Numbered from the stretch's first letter, positions 51,250 through 63,074 are shown. The stretch is 64,000 nucleotides of DNA from Octopus vulgaris (GCA_951406725.2 OX597818.1:25854001-25918000), one strand, 5' to 3'. Notes: a model not told the origin generated them from the sequence alone. A program made the numbers and translations.

Positions 51250-52800
51250 ATGACTGTTGTGCAATTTTCTTTTTTGCGATATTCTAATCACATGCCTGTA
51301 GTACCAGAACTGTGACCTCTCAATGCAGACAAATAACTGCTTAACCTGGAAAGGCTCCCTGACTTCCGAGTTACGCACCCAGTCGAGTAACGGTACTATA
51401 GAGACCATTCGAAAGAACTCTGTCTCGGCCACTTGTATTCTCAATCGTACTCTTTCATGCCCATAGGTGAGGATAAGCACGAAAACCGAATTGAAGATAG
51501 CAACATTTGCTTTTTAACAACCTCTCCTCTTTTGAGGGTTGAATGCTGAAGATGGCGCATTACTGTGCCAGCACCTGCAGTTCTAGCATCCAATTCAGCC
51601 TTCTGCTTTCCATCATCATCATCGTTTAACATCCGCTTTCCATGCTAGCATGGGTTGGACGGTTCAACTGGGGTCTGGCAAGCCCGAAGGCTGCACCAGG
51701 CCAGTCAGATCTGGCAGTGTTTCTACAGCTGGATGCCCTTCCTAACGCCAACCACTCCGAGAGTGTAGTGGGTGATTTTATGTGCCACCGACACAGGTGC
51801 CAGACGAGGCTGGCAGACGGTCACGCTCAGATGATGTTTTTTATGTGCCACCGACACAGGTGCCAGACGAGGCTGGCAGACGGCCACGCTCGGATGGTGT
51901 TTTTTATGTGCCACCGACACAGGTGCCAGACGAGGCTGGCAGATGGCCCACGCTCAGATGGCGTTTTCGGTGTTTTCTTATGTGCCACCGACACAGGTGC
52001 CAGACGAGGCTGGCGAACGGCTACGATCGGATGGTGTTTGTTACGTGCCCACAGCACGGAGGCCAGTCAATGCGGTACTGGCTACGGTCCCGTTTGGATG
52101 GTTTTCTTATGTGCCACCGGCACTGGTACCACAAGGATACAAATTCCATTGATGTTCATCTATTTTGATTTGATTCGATTTGACTTATGAATATAGCCTC
52201 GAGATACTTAAACCTTTTTATTTGTCTCAGTGATGTTCCACTAACACGCAGAGTGCACTGGAAAGATTTTCGTGAAAGGATCGATGTCTTAGCATTCGCA
52301 ACACTAATTCTCATCTCTGTCTTGCAGCACTCGGCAACGAACCTATTCAGGGCATGCTGGTGATCATCTTCAGATGAGCCAAAAAAATACTCTGTCGTTT
52401 ACAAATATCAGCTAACTGATTTTACTCTCACCGAATGTGAGATATCACTTCCACAATAGCTGCACGTATCAATCCAGTTCATAAAACTTATTAAAAGGAG
52501 AGGTAACAATACTTATCGCTGCCAAAGTCCAATACCCACGTTGAAAGGTTTTGTCTTACCATCGTTTACACTAACACAAACATATTGACATTCGTATAGG
52601 GACTTCATGGTAACTAGAAACTTCCTATTATTCTCAAACTGCTACAAAATCTCCCACAGTATGCCCTGCGATTGGCGGTCATAAGACTTTTTGAAGGCCC
52701 ACAAAGCAAGCGTACGCCAGTGCTTAAGTTTGAGCTAATGACTGGTATTTCTAGCGTTGAAGATCAACAGTTGTACATAAAAGACGAGGAAATCTGTTGA
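51250..52800 (-). mobile_element. Old RTE (Rex3/Expander-like) RT relic, split by a younger (GAT)n RTE 3' end
   Basis: LTYGHE...RIQVAE..FFR, VRNSEVRE...IERSQ.W..HV.R, ELDAR..GA..VMR. Upstream RT traces lie at 52400-52750. Confidence 0.7.
51611..52185 (-). mobile_element. RTE 3'-UTR copy with expanded ~63-bp tandem units
   Basis: (cat)n tail and tttccatgctagcatgggttggac. Four near-identical atgtgccaccgacacaggtgccagacgaggctggc units, plus diverged ones. Confidence 0.85.
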
Positions 52801-53149
52801 GATTTTGACAACAAACTTTTATTTTTTTTCGTACACAAGCAAAAGATAAATATTGTTGTAAGTACAAACGACAAATGTTTAGAGAGTTTGGATGTTATTG
52901 TTCTTGACGTAATTGTAATAGTATTCAAAAAGTTAACTGCTAGTCGTTGTGTTGCTGTTGTTGATAGTTCATTATGTTGACGTCAGCTAAGCAGCTGCCC
53001 ACGTCTGTTCACTGTCAATCTGCGTGTCATCTTGCTGCCTATTATGTTCTCTGCTACATCCCCAAGCTCTCTGTTTGGTTGTCATGATGTGTCGATTTTA
53101 AATCTATTGATGGGTTAGAAAGGAGCGCGCTAAAAGTTGAAGTTACTGC

Positions 53150-53690
53150 TGAAGCCTATTCCACGCGAAGTCGTGATTAATCAGATTTTATTGATCACAC
53201 CTTTTGGCAATATTACTACAATTTCTCAAAAACCTGCCTAAGATTGAATATTTGGTCGGTTATGCTGCGTCTAGGACAGAAGTCGCATTTTCCCCTAGCT
53301 AGCTTGGGCTCTACAGTTTCCCTACATCTCTTTTCTTGGTGCCTAGCAAAGACTTTGCTAGGGAGGCGCAACAAGGAAATTCCTCTACAATTAGAACACT
53401 GCCCCCTTGTCTCCCTTCGTAAAAATTGGGATTATCACTCCAGATTATCGTTGCATCGATGTTTTTTCAAGAAGTTCAAGCTACCTGAGTAGTCAACAGA
53501 ATACCTTCTCTTTTGAATGCTTTTAACAATAAACTGCCTGCGTCAGTTGTTGACTGCCATGACACTGCATCCTTTAAGGCCCTCATGCTTTCCGAAATCC
53601 GTCGAAACTACACCTGATTATATATACACTTTCGATGAGTTGTAGTGCACCTGAGCACTGTACACAATGTTTATTATTGTTATTGTTATC
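53150..53690 (+). mobile_element. Decayed LINE 3' end with (TTA/TTG)n tail
   Basis: Residual coding-like sequence ending gtagtgcacctgagcactgtacacaa...ttattattgttattg. Clade not determined. Confidence 0.4.
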
Positions 53691-54515
53691 TCAAGTCACA
53701 TTTCATCCTTCCCTATGAAATTAAATGTTGCGGTACAGAGGGTCATACACAGCACCTTAATAATCTTTTCTGGTTTTGATATTTCTTGGTGTTAGTACGT
53801 TAGACATTTTTTACATCTTTAAGTTTTTTGTCCTTTAAACAAGAGATTGAATAAGTGAAGAACATTTGTATTTTATTTCTTGCCCTAGATAGATTGAATA
53901 ATTTGCTTACCTTACTATTTAGTGCTAAAATAAAATTAAGATAAAACTGAATTTTCAATTCATTATTTTATACCCAGCGTTAATATTTAGTCAGTTAAGT
54001 ATGTATTCAGATTCTAATGAAATACAGTTATTTACCTATCTCTGTCAAAGATAGCCCAGTCCTTCCTGTCTATACTCGGAAAGACTTTAACATAAGGTTA
54101 AGTATGTGTATTATTCATGTCGCGTTAACAGATACTTTTGCTTCTCACAATATAGAAACATTTCTTATGGTACCAGCAGACAAAATGGCAAAAGCGTTGC
54201 TCCGGTGGATAGCAAGGGAAATGCACAGGAACAGTCACAATGAGGTTCGCAGTTGCGGACAGCAATCTCTGCCCCGATAGCGGTGAGCAGGGATATGGTC
54301 CGGGGGCCAAGAACGATGGAGGTCTCAACTGTTAGTTTTTTTTCTCAACCTGATGAGCAGCAGAACCTGAATCGGTGACTGACAACACCAAGGTGCCGCT
54401 GGTGAAGGTGTCGCAACATGTAACATCCCTGATGAGGGGCCTACCGTCAAAGGAAGCGTCGAGGGTCGATTCCGCGCTGACCACCTGGTAAAATCATAAA
54501 TGATTTTTACCCTTT

Positions 54516-54550
<35 letters not shown>

Positions 54551-54555
<5 letters not shown>

Positions 54556-54895
54556 AAGACCCCCTTCGGTCGTGAATGACCATGGGATTGCACCTAGAAA
54601 GTTACCCTCCTAGACACAAGTCCGGGCAATGTTGTTTTTTTTATGGAAGACCAGCAGTCGCCCATGCATACCAGCCTCCCCTCTCCACGCCACCAGTGTT
54701 ATCCAAGGGAAAGACAAAGGTTGATACAGCTTGGCACCAGTGACGTCGCAACTCATTTCTACAGCTGAGTGAACTGGAGCAACGTGAAATAAAGTGCCTT
54801 GCTCAAGAACACAACATGCAGCCCGGTCCGGGATTCGAGCTCACAACCTCACGATCTTAAGCTCGACGCTCTAGCCACTGAGCCATGCGCCTTCA
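54551..54895 (-). mobile_element. SINE family C copy
   Basis: Near-identical reverse copy of 35977-36317. Confidence 0.9.
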
Positions 54896-54905
54896 CACAC
54901 ACACA

Positions 54906-54968
<63 letters not shown>

Positions 54969-55099
54969 CTGAAGATTTCTCTTGAATGAAACAGTACTAG
55001 TCCTGTAGAAGCTCCTTCTATATAATAAATTAATTTTACTCTGCTATGTATTGAGTACCTTACTTACTGTGGTTAACCCCGTATCAACCCGGGAACTAC

Positions 55100-55131
<32 letters not shown>

Positions 55132-55723
55132 ACGCGCGCAGAGAGAGAGAGAGAGACAGACAGAAGCTGATAGTTAATTAGAGAGATAAAGAGATACGTT
55201 TGTCTGAAATAAATCTACATGTCTAGAGAAAGCACAAGTAGTGAGGTCAAAAAGGAAGGTAAAGTAGAAATAGAGTTAGAAAAAGAGAAATTATACGAAC
55301 TCCAACAGAAGTAAAAAAAAAAATATTAGTAGGGATTGAAGTTGCACTTAAAAATAAAGGCACGAGAAAATCTTTTTCAAATTGTTGAGAAGAGAAATAC
55401 AGCAAAGAAAGAGATCCGAATAAAAAAAAATTAACAGATTTTATAAAGCCTTACAGAGCAAGAAAATTATCGAGAGACAGAGAGTGAGAGAGAGAGAAAG
55501 AAAGAAAGAGCATGAAAGAAAGAGAGAGAGAGAGAATAAGAGAGAGTAAGTGAATATGCAGAGAGTGTTAGAGAGAGTGAAGAATGCTATCGTAGTCTCG
55601 CAAAACTATTTGAGTAGTAGTGGGAGATAAAGGTAGTGTTAAATGTGTATCCATGTTGATTTGTTGGAGGATAGAAAGAATGAAAACAGCGACAAAGGTG
55701 TCCTCAGTTGAATTGAAGCTGGC

Positions 55724-55760
55724 TATAAGAAGAAACTAGAGAGTGGTAGTCGACTAGTTC
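55724..55760 (+). promoter_or_regulatory. Candidate TATA box plus initiator-like site
   Basis: TATAAGAA at 55724, and ctAgtt about 32 nt downstream, just 5' of the candidate ATG. Confidence 0.3.
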
Positions 55761-55787
55761 GAAGCAGTCGTCTTTTTTTGTTAGGAC

Positions 55788-55839
55788 ATGGCTGCGATAG
55801 TTATCTTACTGAATGCTTTTTGGATATATTCCTCCCTAG
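55788..55839 (+). CDS. Candidate first coding exon encoding a signal peptide (MAAIVILLNAFWIYSSL), phase-1 intron follows
   Basis: gacATGg context, a hydrophobic 17-codon frame and a consensus donor AG|GTAAGT at 55839/55840. The sequence is not recognisably repetitive. No downstream exon was identified. Confidence 0.45.
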
Positions 55840-57574
55840 GTAAGTTCTCTTTAAACAATCGTAAACAACTCCATTTCATTCAGTATCTGTACAATCAAAA
55901 CATTAATTTGCTATGTATCGAGTTAGTTTAATAAACTCTATTCATCAGTTGTTTAAGCCAAAAAGAATTTTCCCCTCCCTTCTTAACATATGACATTGAC
56001 CCTAAATATTTTGCTTCGGTTGTCAACTTTCGTATTATTGTTACAATATTTCTGTTAAATTCAGATATGAATTCCTAATCGCTGGTTTCGTATGAAATCC
56101 TTGTGTTTTCCTGAGTTACATCAGAGCCTCAAATGTTTGATTTTAAAAATGATTACAGTCACCACATTGTCAAGTTTACGTGTACAACTCCGCTGAATGT
56201 GGTGATCAGTAATGCGAAAAATAACCATGCTTCTTGGCAAGAACACATCTGTATTTTTATCTAATACAACCGTCTCGAAAAGTTCAGGCTCTTCGAATTG
56301 TAGTTTTGCATTCTTACCAATATTCTGTAATTCTTGTTCTGCCCTACATCAATTCTGACCACACGGACCTATGATCAAAATGGTCAAGCCATACTCACCT
56401 CGTCTTATTTTCAAATAATGTGTCCAAGACTTCATTTAGCCAATGTGTCTTTTATTGTGCAATTAGTAATTAGTTACCGTAAATCGTGAATTATTTTTCT
56501 CTCTTTATCTTGATGTAAAGACTGTCATTTCTAGTCACACACGTCACGTTCAGCGAGCAATGTGTTCAAACCATCCCATAAACAGTTAATTGCGTCCTTG
56601 GACAAGGCACATCGCTATTTTTCCTTGTTTTTTCATTCAAAAAAATATATTGACTTATTATTTATTCTTTAAGTTAATGTCATTCGGTTAATAGTTCTCA
56701 TTTCTGTTGTCCTCTTGTTCTAGAATTTTTAAAAAGTTTTATTTACATCTTACAAATCTAACTAGATTTGTGAGGAATTGGTAGGGAATTTTGTATGTAA
56801 TGTGACAAGCGAATTCGAAGACAAATGACACAAAAAAGCATTATTGGTGTCGTTCTATAAAAGAATTCCTAGAATCGCTCACCTGCTAGAAATAGCAACC
56901 AAATCTCCCTCAGACAACACTGCAGATTTAAAAATAAACATTGGATAATGTTGTTCAGGGTACACTGTCTTAAAAAGAGGCGATGATCATGTCTGAATTG
57001 TTGCTCATGGGTCAGTTCAATCAAGGCAGACTTGGTGAGTAAACAGATAAATAGAACTAAGGATGGTCCGTTTCTGCACTTTATTAGAACTAAAAACTAT
57101 TCAATACTCTGCATGGACTGTATGAACGAACTCGACATTTCTTTCTTTAGCATTGGAAATAAACCCGCATCTTCCCTTCTATATCAGATCAACCATGTGC
57201 GAATGCATGTTCAAATAATCGACGTCCTTCGGTTACAAGTCTGTTTTCTACATTGACTTTGTGTTCACTCATTACGATATACACACAATTGTGTCTCAAA
57301 ACAAAAACGTGTTTCCCGTGAACATTATTTTTAGGTCTTTAAGCGAGGGATACAGTTTCTCAAAAACATTTTAACACAGACTATATTACCCACGTGAAAC
57401 TGTGTAGCGACGGAGTGAATCAACCTACCATATATATATATGGTGGAGTAAAGAATACGCAACAAAAGCCCTAACCATCGAGTGTACGTATTCTTTACCT
57501 TCGCCTATATATATGTAATATATATGTATGTATGTATATATATACCTTAAGCGGCCTCGGGCCAACAGGTTTGA

Positions 57575-57633
57575 GGATCTGACGATACGTCATAAAGCTA
57601 AACCCTTTATGGACAGGAAACTTAAGGTAATCC
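57575..57633 (+). ncRNA. Type-I hammerhead ribozyme in a (TA)n-embedded cassette
   Basis: ggat-CTGACGA-..cataaag ctaaacc ctttatg..-GAAAC-ttaag-GTA-atcc. Confidence 0.75.
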
Positions 57634-57671
57634 CGTAAACCGGCCTTCCCCATTATATATATATATATATA

Positions 57672-58109
57672 TAGCTTATTAAAGATGCCCCCGTACGAAA
57701 CAAGTGTACCGAGATTTTAATCCATTCTTGTTGCTTTTTTCCTATTTGTAATCACCCCACTTGTCGTATGGTTAACACCATATAGATTTCTGGTGCATCC
57801 TAGTTAAGGACCATATTCATGTGAATTCATTAGAATTCATTTGAATCTCAATTACTTAAACCGAATATATTCCCATACTGTCTGTATGTTTTTTCGGTCC
57901 TTAACTTCTCAGCAAGAATGGAAAAAATAAACATCGAATTTTCCCCTAAAGACATCCCTCCCATAGTAAAGATGTTTGGGAATTCTCTGATGTTTTTTCG
58001 GCTGACGAATACGAGCCATCTGTATTTACTGCATTTTTTGTAGCTTATTAAAGATGTCCTCGTACGAAACAATTGTACCGAGATATTAATCCATTCTTGT
58101 TTCTTTTTT

Positions 58110-58114
<5 letters not shown>
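57672..58114 (+). repeat. 369-bp unit flanked by ~74-bp direct repeats (pLTR/retrozyme-like), in (TA)n
   Basis: tagcttattaaagatg...cgtacgaaacaa.tgtaccgagat...cctat at 57672-57745 and 58041-58114. Confidence 0.75.
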
Positions 58115-58143
<29 letters not shown>

Positions 58144-58146
<3 letters not shown>

Positions 58147-58810
58147 TCATCATCGTTTAACGTCTGTTCTCCATGCTAGCATGGGTTGGACGGTTCGACC
58201 GGGGATCTGGGAAGCCAGAAGGCTGCACCAAGCTCCAGTCTTATCTGGCAATGTTTCTACAGCTTGATGCCCTTCCTAACGCCAACCACTCCGTGAGTGT
58301 AGTGGGTGCTTTTTACGTACCACCTGCACAGGTGCCAGGCGAGGCTGGCAACGGCCACGGTCGAATTGGTGTATTTTACGTGCCACCGGCACGGAAGCCA
58401 CTCGAGGCGGCGCTGGCATCGGCCACGATTCGGATAGTGCTTTTTACGTACCACCAGACCAGGGATCCTGGCTGGTTCAATTCGATTTCGATTTTGATTT
58501 CGCTTGCCCCAACATGTCTTCGCAAGCAAAGGGGGTTGGCATGGGTGCCTGTTGTCGGATGAGGTTCTATATCGACTTCGCTTGCCTCAACAGGTTTTTG
58601 TGTCCAAGGGAGGAGAGGCATGCATAAGTGGGCTGGGCTCACTTGTCCTGCCTGGTCTTCTCACGTACAGCATATTTCCAAAGGTCTCAGTCGCTGGTCA
58701 TTTCCTCAGTGAGGCCTAAAGTTCGAAGGTCGTGCTTCACCACCTCGTCCCAGGTTTTCCTGGGTCTACCTCTTCCACGGGTTCCCTCAACTGCTAGGGA
58801 TTGGCACTTT
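58144..58810 (-). mobile_element. RTE LINE 3' end, same family as 1662-2583
   Basis: Closely similar reverse copy of 1793-2570, with fewer tandem units. Confidence 0.9.
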
Positions 58811-59029
58811 AGTAATGATACTAAATATTATTACCACAGGCCAGATTTCAGTCTAGTGGTCTTATGTTTGGCACAGTTGACATACGGTATGTATGAGAAG
58901 TGTCAATACCTTCCGTCAAGATACAAAGAAAGAGAGGGAGAGAGAGAGAGAAGGGAGGAAAAGGAGAGAAAAAAGAAGAAAAGAAATATATATATATTTC
59001 GTTTTGGGGATTTGGTTTGCAAGTTCGTG

Positions 59030-59288
59030 TATTCTGTTGTGTCTGGGGAGAGTCATTTTCTTTTTGTGCCTTATAATTTAACACTCACCGGTAAAATTTC
59101 CACTTCTTTTTTTTATTTTCCTAAAATTTTCGTTGCGTCTTGCAACCTTTTCAAAACTATTGTAAAGGTTACAAGATGCAACAAAAATTTTAGAAAAATA
59201 AAAGAGAAATAAGTGGAAATTTTACTGGTGAGTGTGTTAAATTATAAGGCACCAAAAGAGAATAACTCTCCCCAGACACAACAGAATA
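59030..59288. repeat. Inverted repeat, ~125-bp arms, next to (TA)n
   Basis: tattctgttgtgtctggggagagt... / ...actctccccagacacaacagaata. Confidence 0.9.
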
Positions 59289-59299
59289 TATATATATAT

Positions 59300-59859
59300 A
59301 TATATAAAACTGTAGTTGTGTGAGTGTCTGTCCCCTTCGATTTAGATTCTTAACTGCTCCCACATTTTGCGGTGCAGTTTAACCAAATTCGGGTATCTTA
59401 TAGTCGTGATTCATATCGAGCCCGTCTGGGTATTAGCGCGCGTCTACGATGAGTCTACGATTTAAAAAATAATTTAACATCATTTTTTATTCCATTTTAA
59501 TGCATATTTTTTCGTGTGTCGATGGCGGCGGAGTTGGCGTCCACGCTCACGCCTGCACCTGTGTTGCTTCTCCCCCTTCTTCCCTCCCTCGTGAAGCTGT
59601 GGGGAAGGGAGTGTAAGGAAATCAACGTCGTAAAGCGTTGTCAAGGAGACCAGCGTTCTTTTAGAACAACGACTTTATGGCTTGAAGACACCAAAACAGA
59701 AAATGTCTACGATGAGTCAATGATTAAAAAAAAAATTTACCATGATTTTTTTTCCATTTTTAATGCATTTTTTTTGCTAATTTTTGGCTATAACTCTCTA
59801 AAAATGCTTATATAGTTATTTTCCTTACAAACCCGAGCAACGCCGGGCGATACTGCTAG
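59300..59859 (+). mobile_element. Non-autonomous Helitron
   Basis: 5' tataaaactgtagttgtgtgagtgtctgtc; 3' GC-rich hairpin cccgagcaacgccggg followed by CTAG|T. Confidence 0.75.
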
Positions 59860-59974
59860 TATATATATATAGCGTTAAAAAATCGGGCAAATATCCTTTG
59901 GGGATTTGGGTCGGACAATAAGATTTTAGACGCGAAGAATTTTAATCGGTGACATTCACCGAATTATGTATGTA

Positions 59975-60005
<31 letters not shown>

Positions 60006-61686
60006 ACGCACACAGACATGCATACAACAGTGACAAGGACCCCGAGTTTCGGGTCAAGACACAAAACTTTGATAAGTAGGTACTTTGGTCAAACTAAACT
60101 ATTCGTTTACTACATGTTGTACATCGATTGCACTATTTTTTTTGCTCGGGTGAAACACCTTAGTTTGACCGGTGCTCATTAACCCTTTAGCATTTAAACC
60201 GCCCATATCCGGCCAAAAGTATTCTGCCTGTTTTATGTTCAAACTGGCCAGATTTGGTCTCTCACACCAGCCCCACAATATCGTTTTAAAAATTAACAGC
60301 TACCTCATGAAAATCTCATAGCACCAAGATAATGCCTGATTAGTTCAAGGCAATGTGGATAAAAAAGGATTAATTTTGGCAGAATAATGCAAACACTAAT
60401 GGGCTAAACTTTAGTGCTTTGGCACAAAGCTCTAGGTCTTTCAGTCGTTCTTGTTACAGTTTTATTTAATTAAACATTATATGTGCACCGATTTGTCTTT
60501 CGTATGTAAAACCAAACGTAACAATACATCTCTCTCTTTCTCACACACACACACACACAGATAAAGTAGTGTGTGTGTGTGCCTGCGTGTGTGTCCTATT
60601 TTTTGAATGTATAGCTATTCTACTAATACGAATGCTGCACACGTATTTATGTACGCAAATGCCCTATAAATTGTAAACTTTTGGATACCAGATGTATGAT
60701 TGCATACATTTCTGAAGTTATATTAAAAGTGTAAATCAAGGTGGTAGCTTGATTTGCTAGAAATAACAACCAAATCTCCCTCATATCGCATTCACCGTCT
60801 TTAACAAACGAAGAGAGAGACAGGTAAAATACCTCAAAAAGAAAGGATAGTCCCAACCTGAAAAGCCTTTTGTTATGGACCTGCTGGATTAGGCTTGACC
60901 TGAAGTTAAACAGTAAACATATCCAAGTACCGTTGATAACTTTTTCATTTATTATATCAACTTGTAAACAACTTTTGGAAAATGGTATTTGATGGGTAGT
61001 AGTGGCATTATTGGTTTTATAGGTTACTAATTTCAAGTTTTTTTTTTCTGTTTATATGTTTTGTATTATTTTCTAATTCTCAGACTATCTTCAGGTGCAA
61101 AATTCTACACATTCACATTTATAGATCTGTCCTTTTAACTATGGCATAAAGTCAGAATCTTTATTTCTTTTCTTTTGTGCTAATACTGTAAGCACAGTAG
61201 TTAATGAATGATAGTGAAATCTTATGTTAAAAATACAGGTTTTACTAAAAAATTCAGTCATAACTACCGAAGTATGTCTTGTTGGTATGATCGAATAGCC
61301 AAGAAGTTTTCATGGCCATCGTAAGATATAGCATTAGATCCTACTACAAGACTAAACGGGGAACTATCTATTACCATGAGCCGAACCAAACTTTCTGAGT
61401 AAAATAGATTTGAAGAACGGGAAAGCTGGTCGGATTGACTGTATTTGTTATTTAAATGGTTTAATCTTGTCATTAACGGAGTAGTTTCGTCGATTGATTG
61501 TCTAAATTAACTCGCCATCCATTTCCATGCATGAATGTACTTGTTTGAGTAAAATGTACTTATATATTCCACAATAGACCTATCAAAAGGTAATTAACAA
61601 TTTGAAAGAGCCAAACAAACTTGCGAATAACTTATTCTAAATATAAACAAACACATTTGACGTTTCTTTTCATTTTTCATAAATAC

Positions 61687-61734
<48 letters not shown>

Positions 61735-61814
61735 TGTAGATAACACAAATCCGGACAAGGTGCACACTCTAAGATGTAAAGCAGTTTATATTTTAATGGA
61801 GAAGGCCGGTTTAT

Positions 61815-61875
61815 GAGATTACCCAGGGTTTCCTGTCCATAAAGGGTTTAGCTTTATGGCATATCGTCAGACCCC
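61815..61875 (-). ncRNA. Type-I hammerhead ribozyme, second copy of the 57575 family
   Basis: Minus strand: ggggt-CTGACGA-tatg ccataaag ctaaacc ctttatgg acag-GAAAC-cctgg-GTA-atctc. The cassette 61731-61908 lies between (TA)n tracts. Confidence 0.75.
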
Positions 61876-61912
61876 AAACCTGTTGACCTAAGATCTTGAA
61901 GAGGGCTATATA

Positions 61913-61946
<34 letters not shown>

Positions 61947-61949
<3 letters not shown>

Positions 61950-62356
61950 TAGATACTGGAAGGGCTGGTACTAAACTTTGGAATAAAGAGCTATACCAGA
62001 CCACGATCAGGACGTCACTGTGCTGTTGCCACTATGCCAAATGCTTCATCGTGGGCAAGGATGATGTACTACAATAGCTTGGGTTTCAAGGGCCCACAGC
62101 TGTTTAACTGTCTGCCGAAGTATCTGAGGAGCCTCCATGGGGTGGATGTAGATGTTTTCAAACATGAACTTGACCTCTGGGTCACCAAGATCCTGGATGA
62201 GCAAATATTTAGGCAGGAAACTCAAAAGAGGGCAGTAACACCGAACACCATCCTTCACCAAAAGCCACTGCCACAAAGGTGGAGAGTGGAAAGATGATCA
62301 CAATGGCAGTGCTCCAGCATGGCAACAGTCATTGGACTGAAACATATAAAAGAATG
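61947..62356 (+). mobile_element. CR1-type LINE 3' end
   Basis: ILEGLV...YYNSLGFKGPQLFNCLPK.LR.LHGVDVDVFK..LD. Tail gctccagcatggc..cagtc...gactgaaaca.ataaaagaa. Confidence 0.75.
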
Positions 62357-62396
62357 TAATATATATATATGTGTGTAATATATATGTGTGTGTGTA

Positions 62397-62434
<38 letters not shown>

Positions 62435-62456
62435 AATATATATATGTAATATATAT

Positions 62457-62741
62457 CGAGCGTGATCGTTACCAACGTCACTTCACTGGCACCTGTGTCG
62501 GTGGCACATGTAAAAAGATTTGAGCGAGGTCATTGCCAGTACCGCCTGACTGGCCCCTGTGTAGGTGGCACATAAAAAGCACCCGCTACTCTCTCGGAGT
62601 GGTTGGCATTAGGAAGGGCATCCAGCTGTAGGAACTCTGCCAGATCAAGACTGGAGCCTGGTGCAGCCATCTGGTTGCCAGCCCTCAGTCAAAACCGTCC
62701 AACCCATGCTAGCATGGAAAACGGACGTTAAATAATGATGC
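62457..62741 (+). mobile_element. RTE 3'-UTR fragment (two tandem units)
   Basis: gtggcaca.gtaaaaag units and the catgctagcatggaaaacggacgttaaa terminus. Confidence 0.85.
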
Positions 62742-62765
62742 TATATATGTGTGTGTGTGTGTAAC

Positions 62766-62813
<48 letters not shown>

Positions 62814-62860
62814 TATATATGTGTGTGTAATATATATATATATATGTGTGTGTGTGTGTA

Positions 62861-62892
<32 letters not shown>

Positions 62893-62931
62893 AATATATA
62901 TATATATGTGTGTGTGTGTGTGTAATATATA

Positions 62932-62964
<33 letters not shown>

Positions 62965-63041
62965 TATATGTGTGTGTGTGTGTGTAATATATATATATAT
63001 GTGTGTAATGTATATATATATGTGTAATATATATGTGTGTA

Positions 63042-63074
<33 letters not shown>

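Noticed and set aside
51775-52130. Repeat-spacer-like array resembling CRISPR
   Set aside because: The units are near-identical tandem copies without unique spacers. They lie in an RTE 3' UTR in eukaryotic DNA and there are no cas genes.
54345-54450. Two CTGATGAG motifs and a possible Gypsy gag CWYH remnant nearby
   Set aside because: There is no correctly placed GAAA or stem III. The gag similarity rests on four residues only.
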